From: a virus
Lineage: Duplodnaviria; Caudoviricetes
IMG/VR virus record: IMGVR_UViG_3300037755_001018
Coordinates: 1-25,903 of that record
Length of the DNA: 25,903 bases
Strand: one strand, 5' to 3'
Part shown: one piece after another, positions 19,201 through 25,903 of the stretch
Position numbering within the stretch: position 1 is the first letter of the stretch
Layout: every line of letters begins with the position of its first letter
Position numbers and translations under genes: made by a program
The notes under the pieces: generated by a model
The model's database searches: none
What the model saw: only the letters and a program-made list of their open reading frames with translations
What the model was told of the DNA's origin: nothing

Positions 19201-21474
19201 GGCTCGCTCATGACTGAACGTCTGACCCTGATCGTTTACATAGATTTCATGCAATCTATGGTATGGATCAGATGTTGGCGTTGTATTAATTACCTGCTCG
19301 TTATCGAACCCAACCGAATCTTCAGAGAAGTAAATCTTTACATTAAGGTCGGCACCAGAGGAGAAAGTAAACCCTGTTCCTTTAGCATGAATACCGTTGA
19401 TAACCGTAATCTGAGTGCAATCTGATTCGCCTGGGCAGGCAGGAATAAACGTAACATTCTTAATGATAAATCGACCATAATCGACATCAAAATATGCAGC
19501 ATCGGCAAAGCTAACCGTTGGCTGAACAACAATGGTTTTGCCTGGTTTTAGACCGGCTGCCTTAAGATCCAGAGGAATCTCGTAGGTAGTTTCGATAGTA
19601 AATGCTCCAATAGGAGTCCTTGCCGCAATGTAACCGTCCCAGTATCCATCACGATTTGCATCCAAGTTGGCATTCCATGTTGGCGCAAAGTTGTCTCGTA
19701 CTGTTCCATTAACAACATAGTTTCTACGCTTAAGTGGCACAACTACCTTGGTTGGAGTCTGCGCATCAATCTCATCTACATAAGTTGCACTATAGGATGG
19801 ACTTGCTACATCCGCATGAGCAGCACCTAAACCAAGTGCATCAAAAGATGTGCCTCCTGAGAATTGGCTTATTACGTTACTTGTATATATACTTTCAAGT
19901 AAGGTACCTGTTGGATCGCGACGGCCGCTAATTATGGCAAAGCTGGCACAATTAATAGCGTCAGCCAACATCAATCCAAAGTTTCCATTCTCAGCAAATG
20001 CAATAAAACGATAATTGTATCCAATTTCTCTGAATTTGTTGTTGGTTGCCTGAACTGCCGACTCAAGTGTGTACTTACCAGGAGTAGTTCCTGCATTGCC
20101 AGTTACATCAACAGCTGGAAGTTGAATTACATAATCTGTTGGATTGCCGGTAGGGTATAACTCAAGGTATAGATTGTAATGTGAAGCATCGAGCTGTCCG
20201 GGATCAAATCCAAACCCAATGGCCATGGCTCCGCGTGGATTACCAATGATTACGCTTGACAGAAAATTATTGAATGAACCAGTTGGCGTTGCGTTAGCGG
20301 ATGCCAATGCCAAAATACCTTCGGTTCTTCTATCATGTACGGGCTTATCAATTTGTGCCAGCGCCACGTCACTATCTGACAGATTAGTACCGTTAACACG
20401 AACAACCCACTCAGATCCAGGAACAAATCTCAAAGAGTCAATTAAGAACGTAGCCTCAAAGCCTGTTCCGTAGTTAATGGTCAACTGGTCGCCAATCTCA
20501 ACTTGACTAAATAAAGCATCAAAGGCATTACCGGTATTATCCGGCACAAACTTGATGATATTATCACCGCTAGAGATATCATCCACCGGAAAGGTCGCTG
20601 GCGATCTTACTAGGTAAGCGCTGCAGGTTGTTGGTGGAACAACGTTTTGTTTATATCCATCTTCAAGTGAGCACCCGTATGGTCGTGCAATTAATGGTAC
20701 GGTGTTAGCGTGCTGCGTAGCAATATGGCCTCCAACAACAATTTGCTGGAAGTCATCAATGTAATCCGCAAATTCTTGGACGTTTTCCAAGGTGAACGGC
20801 AAAGCGGTAAAGTTGTCAGTATTGATTGTTATGGCAGTCGCAACATGCGCGTCACTTACAGCATTCTGATGAGCTGTAAAAGCATCATTGATCTGCTGCA
20901 TCATTGCTGCTACATTTGTTCCTGTACGTAGATTACCATCTTTATCCTTGATGCCTGCCCAGGTAAAGGCAGGATCTCTGGTATCCGTACCAACGGCATT
21001 GATATCAATATGGCTAGCTACGTGCCGTGCCTGTGAGCCGTCACTAAGAAGCGTGCCTCCAGCAACATGTGTTGAAATATCAGAATCGATTTCGTTAGTA
21101 AACGTGGTAAGAGCATTAAGCAACGCTGTGTTACTAGCAATAAGCGTATTTAGATCTGATGTAGAGTGATCGAGAGCAAGTTTGAACTCTGCAATCCCCG
21201 CATTGGTTGCAACCTGTGCATTGGTGATAGGAAGTACGGCAAGTCCAACGCTGGTAAGTGCTGATGACTTAATAGTTCCATCTGGATTCAGAGAAACATC
21301 AAGACGACCAGCAACTGTGCTTTTACTCCCGGACGGACGTGTACCTAGCTCAGTTTCAATGGCAAATACTGCACTGCGTAACTGATTGATGGACTGTCCG
21401 CCAATCTCAGATAGATTGTCATCGATCCGGATAATTGTCGCGTCAGAATCTATTTCAAAAGGATAAACAGACAT
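16219..21474 (-). CDS. Large virion fibre/appendage protein with N-terminal attachment region and C-terminal parallel beta-helix, 1751 aa
   Basis: N-terminal YP..ID...INQLRSAVFAIETELG..P.G anchor-like motif and H-x-A-x-x-I repeats. Asn/Ile-rich beta-helix rungs: NVTIKNCTF, LYILNNRF, VTIAGNSC, IISHNTI, ITITGNKI. Confidence 0.7.
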   Translation of the reverse strand: MSVYPFEIDSDATIIRIDDNLSEIGGQSINQLRSAVFAIETELGTRPSGSKSTVAGRLDVSLNPDGTIKSSALTSVGLAVLPITNAQVATNAGIAEFKLALDHSTSDLNTLIASNTALLNALTTFTNEIDSDISTHVAGGTLLSDGSQARHVASHIDINAVGTDTRDPAFTWAGIKDKDGNLRTGTNVAAMMQQINDAFTAHQNAVSDAHVATAITINTDNFTALPFTLENVQEFADYIDDFQQIVVGGHIATQHANTVPLIARPYGCSLEDGYKQNVVPPTTCSAYLVRSPATFPVDDISSGDNIIKFVPDNTGNAFDALFSQVEIGDQLTINYGTGFEATFLIDSLRFVPGSEWVVRVNGTNLSDSDVALAQIDKPVHDRRTEGILALASANATPTGSFNNFLSSVIIGNPRGAMAIGFGFDPGQLDASHYNLYLELYPTGNPTDYVIQLPAVDVTGNAGTTPGKYTLESAVQATNNKFREIGYNYRFIAFAENGNFGLMLADAINCASFAIISGRRDPTGTLLESIYTSNVISQFSGGTSFDALGLGAAHADVASPSYSATYVDEIDAQTPTKVVVPLKRRNYVVNGTVRDNFAPTWNANLDANRDGYWDGYIAARTPIGAFTIETTYEIPLDLKAAGLKPGKTIVVQPTVSFADAAYFDVDYGRFIIKNVTFIPACPGESDCTQITVINGIHAKGTGFTFSSGADLNVKIYFSEDSVGFDNEQVINTTPTSDPYHRLHEIYVNDQGQTFSHERARMIIQSGGGSNLGTTDWHIQDVSSKLRGYRDSSSSFNKYIRFYILSYDTVSGEYDGYIGQRDTGGNSIFRTGPVTTGRKNVTTRFYDETYVDYVDLIFEEQATTSGASTDILGGTIIPRYVDVELFSSLKNHDENMLLGTVEVNWDPPTGQNIVQRVVNRRQFGSIDEEDFTEAAIDFITAVPRATQDNGIIRGFGFDMVNTSDERELYYKGGVALVNGRIVTTNRQSVTIPEIAENPNAVDSIDWAVCVNEAGELIPVVITPTKQEFYAIDNTSTNTYYLVSSTFAELVETRKDLVPIDVVTADIASFTLGSNADVRRFLTDGKKRELVFSPEDYAGTFHTSTALKNWVNKYSSSSPLVVNVRGTFDVDTTIDLTGFVSPVILDGDGAIFNVTANKGFLIDANLTIRNALFNYNPSSPPTYTTGDKINSANGCIYQGDGTNVQNVTIKNCTFLSAVTTQRPPFISLERQGTDTVEELYILNNRFSDANVDPAEDQAAVAIISLNTTGATPALVINSRIDNNVCNNHQGIYITCVGDTNTVNIPGLAAVNVTIAGNSCGVIGFLTTSTSTAVALDTRTTRTKSIDISLNSVNIIANIANYFGGVNEGTAIVDNIDSIDSNPTGPFSIHDNFVHWINVGSADDDPDFFALSSITNNRLTAYDSVYLDQWFALGTVNNSAIVVNDNGSGQADSIISHNTITAGKYNSTDYFYDTGIDLNNIHGTITENIIKGLAVTTGVGISTPTGSSGNITITGNKIDREGRSIARYIFLSTSGITNGICAGNVFDDFTIDGSNDEAINGFGSSPVATAPNNGWIVERNKNQTVVQYITNGIGNISVQGFMGPQDGNSTTATANYQHAFPFTTLQLGTFTYDVGNAGNSVRYGWLIDGRSAIPADVKILEISITTDGSADCDTADDNDLFIEIASRVSGVLASSTPGTGVVTSAIVTHTLSDPGDFTNIFNSIDGIQVRMDMLLRHATNQMDVIITEFKIKYRW

Positions 21475-21477
21475 AAT

Positions 21478-21843
21478 TTATTCGTCTAATGTGACTTCTT
21501 CCTCTATCTTTTTATCTATTTTTTCCATAAAATTTTGCCTAACCAAACGGTATACTAATCCACTGATAAGCCCAAGGAAAATGCCAAAAATAACTCGGGA
21601 AACTGTCGAGTGAGCAAACATTTCTGGAGCCGGAAGTTCCGGTATAAGCATTATCAATGCCCCAGTACCCAGCGGCCCCAGTGGAACAAAGAATTCGCCC
21701 CACCATTTATGAGCCTTAGTGCCATCTGCAGTAAGGGCTGGTATTAAAAGTTCGGCCAGCTTACGCTGCATCCATACCAAAGCCACAATGGCCAAACATA
21801 AAACTATATTTTCTGAGGATACAATTTGAGTTAATACATCCAT
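21478..21843 (-). CDS. Small three-TM membrane protein, holin-like, about 121 aa
   Basis: Three hydrophobic segments (IVLCLAIVALVWM, FFVPLGPLGTGALIMLI, VIFGIFLGLISGLVY) and a highly charged C-tail. GGAGG precedes the ATG at 21843, favouring it over 21867. Confidence 0.55.
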   Translation of the reverse strand: MDVLTQIVSSENIVLCLAIVALVWMQRKLAELLIPALTADGTKAHKWWGEFFVPLGPLGTGALIMLIPELPAPEMFAHSTVSRVIFGIFLGLISGLVYRLVRQNFMEKIDKKIEEEVTLDE

Positions 21844-21893
21844 ACGAACCTCCAAATGGTGTTTCATATAAATATTGTATTATGCATGTGAGC

Positions 21894-24800
21894 TTATAAT
21901 CTATATGTCACTGTAACACCTTGAATTTCAAGAATTTCTGCCCCATCAGAATCAATTGTTGCAGTAATCCCAAGCCACAACCCGGCCCCAGGATCATTAT
22001 ATTTAGACGTTGGTGTTAATATGGCAGTATCTTGAGATGTTGATGGATTCACTGTTATAGAATTACCTCCAACAGTATTATCAACATTAATAGTTAAATC
22101 ATTTGTTGTATCTGGAATAGATATGGTATGCTGATGAATTACCGATACTTCAGAGATTAATGCTCCTAAGGGTATGTAATTTAAAAGATTCATCCACCAT
22201 TCGAAAATAACAGTAGACCCTGCATCTGTATGTAAAAATTGTACTACCTCATTAACGGCAACAGCATTTTCTACCTCAATATAAGAGGTCATAGCATTTG
22301 GATTTCCTTTAACAACACCATCAACTGCATATGTGCCAGATGATCCTCTAATTTCAAGAGTTATTGTTTCATTTTTATTATTTTGAGTTATCCAGCGCGC
22401 CAAACCACTAATATCACTAGTAAATATAGCTGAGTTAAGCGATCCAAAATCATCATCTGTTGCTATGGAATATATATTATTTGATACAATTCCATCCGCC
22501 TCAGTATTTGGTCCAACATAAATAAAACCATTGTTATTACCGCTACCTACATATCCATCAAATAGGCTGGAAGAAATCATATTGCCAGTTACATTTGTTG
22601 ATAAGGAGGTACCTCCGGTAGGATAACGATTTTCAACCCATAAAGCATGAATACCGGCGGCATCAACAGAGAACCTGTTTCCATTTTGAATAAAATTATC
22701 GCTAATTATTATATTGGCGCCGCGAACATGTAATGCGCTTGTTGAATCACTTGCACTATCAGTATTATAATCACTTTCAACTGCTATATGATTGCTAGAT
22801 GCATTAATAGAAACAGCATCATCAGCCCCGCCATTGTTTGTGTTATCCAAAACACATCCAGATAAATGATTATGACCAGTTAAGGTCACGCCACTTTCGC
22901 TAAACTCACCAATAACACCTACAATATTATTGTTTTGGAAAAATATATTGTGATCTTCCGCATATATTTGTACTAATCCAGTCGCGTCGTAGGTTATCAA
23001 CCCGTCAATATGACGTGGTACCAACTCATAATTCAAAGAACCCGTTATATGAGCCCTATTATTCGTAAAAATAACAGAGGGATTATTAATAGCAGATTTA
23101 GACAACTCAATATCTACTAAAGACGTTGTTCCTATGGCCGTATCTGTATAAAATTCATTTCCGTCAACTAAAATGCCAGATGACTGTGGAGTTGATATTG
23201 ATCCCCCAATTCTAAGCGGCATTCCAAAATATATTTTTGAATTTGTTATACGAACAGAATGAAATAATCCAGAAGAATGAGTTACTACTTCTAAAGCTGG
23301 TAATGGATAATTAGTCCCTACAACATCAAATGTTTGATTAGGTCCATGAACTAAACAATTATCAACAAATAAATCCCTAGCATTTACATATACAAATCTC
23401 AAAAATGTTGTATCAAGACTGCTGTCAACTGATGTTGTGATTGATCCTAAGGTGTTATCAGTAATTATATTGCAATTTTGTAATATAATTTGTCCTGGAG
23501 TAGATATGACCAAGTAGGCATCTATAGTTAACGGAGATTGACCTGTAATAGTTCGGTCCGTTCTGTTCATTACACAATTACGTATAGTAATCAATCCATC
23601 GTTTTTGTTTGTAAAATATGAGATTCCTGAATCTTCACCAATTAATCCAACATATCCATAACCATCAAAATAACAGTCTTCAATAACCGAATTTTCAATA
23701 TTAGGAAGTAACAAAGATATGTTATCATCAAATGATCCGTTTTGATTAAATCTACATGTAGTAACAAAACACTGGGCTAAATCTTGTGTACCAGGATAAA
23801 CAGAAAGAGTTGTGTTCACAAATTGACAATTTTTTACAATTACGGTCTCGTGGGCCCCATCAGCTCCATTAGGTCGAATTGAGTGATAATTGACGGTGTC
23901 AAGCGCGTCTGATTTGAAAAGGATATTTTCAATACGTGGGCCGGTTGAAAATACACGATTGCCTGCCTCATCTGTTGTCGCTGAGGTTAAATTCATACTT
24001 AAAGTAGGAATGCTTTCATTAATCGCATTTCCAACAAGATTGTATCTATTAGATCCAGATAATGTAACTATATAAGTACCTGGATTAATGATAACAGTTG
24101 TTGGATAGGCCATGTCAGTTGCCATTAATAAATCAATAGCCCCTGCACCCAAAAAATCTCCGATCCCGGAACTTGCTCCAAAACCGCTAGCATCTTGCTG
24201 ACCTACAGTAACAAACCATGTATTACTTACTGCCGAGCCCCAACTGTTACCATATTGAATTTGCTTAAAACTATTAATAGTAACGCCAATTTCAGTAGCT
24301 AATAATAATGGGGATAACGATTGGTTATTTCCACCAGTATTGCCAATTAGAATAAAATTAATATCAGACCCACCAGATCCGGTACTGGCTGATGTAACAA
24401 CGACACAAGAAATCGTAACATCAGTTGGGAAAGTTCCAATTGATACATGATGGTTATTAGTAAATTTGCCATTACATAGGGTTGTTGCTACGAAACAGTT
24501 ATTAGCTAATATTGAAAGATCTGCTATATCTTCTGAACCAAATGTACGTGCTTTACAATTATCAACGGTAATAAAGTCTAAATCACCATTTCCAGGATCG
24601 AAACGAATAGCAGTGGCCATACCGTCAAAATAGCAATTTTTCACAAGTAAATGCGTACCTACGCTAGCTGTAGACGAATACCCTATTGCACGTAATGTTT
24701 TTTCTCTACCATCTTGGGTGCCGTTATTTACACGCCCAAGGAACTTAACATTTTCAAAATATACCCTTGAACCCCTCTGAATCTCAATCATCGGAACTGT

Positions 24801-25442
24801 TTGCATCGAAGACACAGGCTGACCAGATGATGATACATATCCGTCTAAGTTATCTGCCAAAATTAGGTTGAAAATTTTAGTCTCATCTACTGGATTGACT
24901 GTTTCGGCTGATAAATCTCCAGACCCAGAATCTCCTCCCACTGTAAAGAAATCTGTAGCACTAAGCAATCTAAACATGGGCTCCTCAACCATCTCGCCGA
25001 TAATAATAGTACCAGCAATAGCTCCCATAATAGATATTCCAGATGGAACTTCAACAGTAGTATTTAATTTATAAGTGCCTGGTAATATGAAAACAGTTCC
25101 GCCATTTTCCAATCTGCCATCACCGAATGCCGCCAAAATGGCATCTCGAAATGTTGGGGTAGTGGTAGTTCCAACATTATACGATCCCGTAGCATATCCA
25201 TCTGTTGTTACATCTCCAACAGACACAAATCCAGTTCCAGTAGATGCTGCAAATCCTGAAATGAGTTCAAAAGTTCCTTGTACATTGTCAGCCGGGAAGG
25301 CCAATAATGGCGGAGCCATATCAATGTGCGTGGCATCATGCCTCCAATCCCCACCGGTAATATGGGCATTATGATCTTGCTTGTGAGTTGCTAGAAGCCC
25401 TCCCTCCTGAAGTCGTCCGGTACCTATAAATCTTTTTACCAT
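21894..25442 (-). CDS. Tailspike/fibre with pectin-lyase-like right-handed beta-helices (putative depolymerase/receptor-binding protein), 1182 aa
   Basis: GGTVFILPGTYKLNTTVEVPSGISIMG is a typical beta-helix cap. Many rungs follow (LLVKNCYFD, ITVDNCKA, VIVKNCQF, ILVDGNEF). SD-like GAAGGA upstream. Confidence 0.75.
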   Translation of the reverse strand: MVKRFIGTGRLQEGGLLATHKQDHNAHITGGDWRHDATHIDMAPPLLAFPADNVQGTFELISGFAASTGTGFVSVGDVTTDGYATGSYNVGTTTTPTFRDAILAAFGDGRLENGGTVFILPGTYKLNTTVEVPSGISIMGAIAGTIIIGEMVEEPMFRLLSATDFFTVGGDSGSGDLSAETVNPVDETKIFNLILADNLDGYVSSSGQPVSSMQTVPMIEIQRGSRVYFENVKFLGRVNNGTQDGREKTLRAIGYSSTASVGTHLLVKNCYFDGMATAIRFDPGNGDLDFITVDNCKARTFGSEDIADLSILANNCFVATTLCNGKFTNNHHVSIGTFPTDVTISCVVVTSASTGSGGSDINFILIGNTGGNNQSLSPLLLATEIGVTINSFKQIQYGNSWGSAVSNTWFVTVGQQDASGFGASSGIGDFLGAGAIDLLMATDMAYPTTVIINPGTYIVTLSGSNRYNLVGNAINESIPTLSMNLTSATTDEAGNRVFSTGPRIENILFKSDALDTVNYHSIRPNGADGAHETVIVKNCQFVNTTLSVYPGTQDLAQCFVTTCRFNQNGSFDDNISLLLPNIENSVIEDCYFDGYGYVGLIGEDSGISYFTNKNDGLITIRNCVMNRTDRTITGQSPLTIDAYLVISTPGQIILQNCNIITDNTLGSITTSVDSSLDTTFLRFVYVNARDLFVDNCLVHGPNQTFDVVGTNYPLPALEVVTHSSGLFHSVRITNSKIYFGMPLRIGGSISTPQSSGILVDGNEFYTDTAIGTTSLVDIELSKSAINNPSVIFTNNRAHITGSLNYELVPRHIDGLITYDATGLVQIYAEDHNIFFQNNNIVGVIGEFSESGVTLTGHNHLSGCVLDNTNNGGADDAVSINASSNHIAVESDYNTDSASDSTSALHVRGANIIISDNFIQNGNRFSVDAAGIHALWVENRYPTGGTSLSTNVTGNMISSSLFDGYVGSGNNNGFIYVGPNTEADGIVSNNIYSIATDDDFGSLNSAIFTSDISGLARWITQNNKNETITLEIRGSSGTYAVDGVVKGNPNAMTSYIEVENAVAVNEVVQFLHTDAGSTVIFEWWMNLLNYIPLGALISEVSVIHQHTISIPDTTNDLTINVDNTVGGNSITVNPSTSQDTAILTPTSKYNDPGAGLWLGITATIDSDGAEILEIQGVTVTYRL

Positions 25443-25462
25443 TTTTTCCTTCGTTTCATCCT

Positions 25463-25486
25463 CTGGTAATGATCAGCCATCACCAG
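25463..25486 (-). promoter_or_regulatory. 10-bp RNA hairpin in the leader of the tailspike gene
   Basis: mRNA sense CUGGUGAUGG-CUGA-UCAUUACCAG. Two G.U pairs work only on the minus-strand RNA. It lies about 20 nt before the ATG and has no U-tract. Confidence 0.5.
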
Positions 25487-25632
25487 GCAAATAACCTGCG
25501 ATTAAGCCTAATGTTATGGTAAAATATGTGTGTACATATTTGGAACCTAACTTTATGTTTTAACATTTATTTTTGTTTTTAAAACCGATCAAATTTCTGG
25601 AAACCGTGATATAGAAATCTACAAGATTACTT

Positions 25633-25684
25633 GGAGCAATTCTTAACCGAGTGAGTGAAACGAGCGAGGAGAAGATATTGCGAC
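25633..25684 (+). other. Tandem-G.A hairpin A (GAA triloop)
   Basis: GCAAT-TCTT-aa-CC-ga-GT-ga-GT-gaa-AC-ga-GC-ga-GG-ag-AAGA-t-ATTGC: short paired steps separated by opposed GA/GA dinucleotides. Confidence 0.65.
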
Positions 25685-25728
25685 CCACACATATAATTCA
25701 TATTATATATCATGCTAACAACGTTAAC

Positions 25729-25776
25729 ATCAACTTGGATCTGAGCGAACGTAAGTGAGCGAAGAGACAAGTTGAT
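25729..25776 (+). other. Tandem-G.A hairpin B (GTAA loop)
   Basis: ATCAACTTG-ga-TCT-ga-GC-ga-AC-gtaa-GT-ga-GC-ga-AGA-ga-CAAGTTGAT: fully symmetric, 16 Watson-Crick pairs plus three opposed GA/GA steps. Confidence 0.8.
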
Positions 25777-25789
25777 CAAATTATTTTAC

Positions 25790-25903
25790 TCAAAGTATAA
25801 TTGTATGAGTATGATCAAATTCCTCTTGCACAATCCCGTCCCTAATTTCGTGGTTGTGTCCCTCAACAACAGATGTAGTTTGGTTTACTTGTACTAGAGA
25901 TAC
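25790..25903 (-). CDS. 3' end of an upstream gene with paired HxH motifs (partial)
   Basis: Manual translation: ...VSLVQVNQTTSVVEGHNHEIRDGIVQEEFDHTHTIIL-stop (TGA at 25790-25792). Same strand as all other genes. The 5' part is outside the window. Confidence 0.65.
   Translation of the reverse strand, partial: VSLVQVNQTTSVVEGHNHEIRDGIVQEEFDHTHTIIL

Noticed and set aside
249-25374. Numerous short plus-strand and alternate-frame ORFs in the track
   Set aside because: They lie antisense to, or nested in, long coherent minus-strand genes and have no recognisable motifs. They are shadow ORFs.
25633-25776. CRISPR mini-array or rho-independent terminators
   Set aside because: The two units are not sequence-identical repeats and no cas genes are present. 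The hairpins fold poorly on the mRNA strand and lack a following U-tract.
25587-25821. GATCAAATT three times (25587, 25774, 25813) as iterons
   Set aside because: Spacing is irregular, the word is AT-rich, and the third copy is inside the upstream coding sequence. Too weak alone.
1-25903. Stop-codon reassignment, DGR target repeats, tRNA or rRNA genes
   Set aside because: Genes are full length in the standard code and TAA, TAG and TGA all serve as stops. I noticed no adenine-variable repeat pair, reverse transcriptase or cloverleaf by eye.

Overview
The window is a single minus-strand, gene-dense virion morphogenesis module of a large contractile-tailed (myovirus-type) phage, read in the standard genetic code. 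In transcription order (right to left) it holds: the 3' end of a gene with paired HxH motifs; a 347-bp structured intergenic region; a 1182-aa beta-helical fibre/tailspike; a 3-TM holin-like protein; a 1751-aa fibre with a paralogous C-terminal domain; a probable tail terminator; sheath; tube; an inserted GIY-YIG homing endonuclease; a tail assembly chaperone with a -1 frameshift (G/GT type); tape measure; tube-initiator protein; a giant 1679-aa baseplate hub; and an OB-fold central spike (>641 aa, missing from the ORF track because it runs off the left edge). The most unusual signals are two strand-specific hairpins built from alternating short Watson-Crick steps and tandem G.A pairs (25633-25776), a DGY tripeptide enriched only in predicted surface-exposed virion proteins, and a hairpin, promoter-like motif and direct-repeat arrangement around the endonuclease. 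All product calls come from motif recall and gene order, not database searches.
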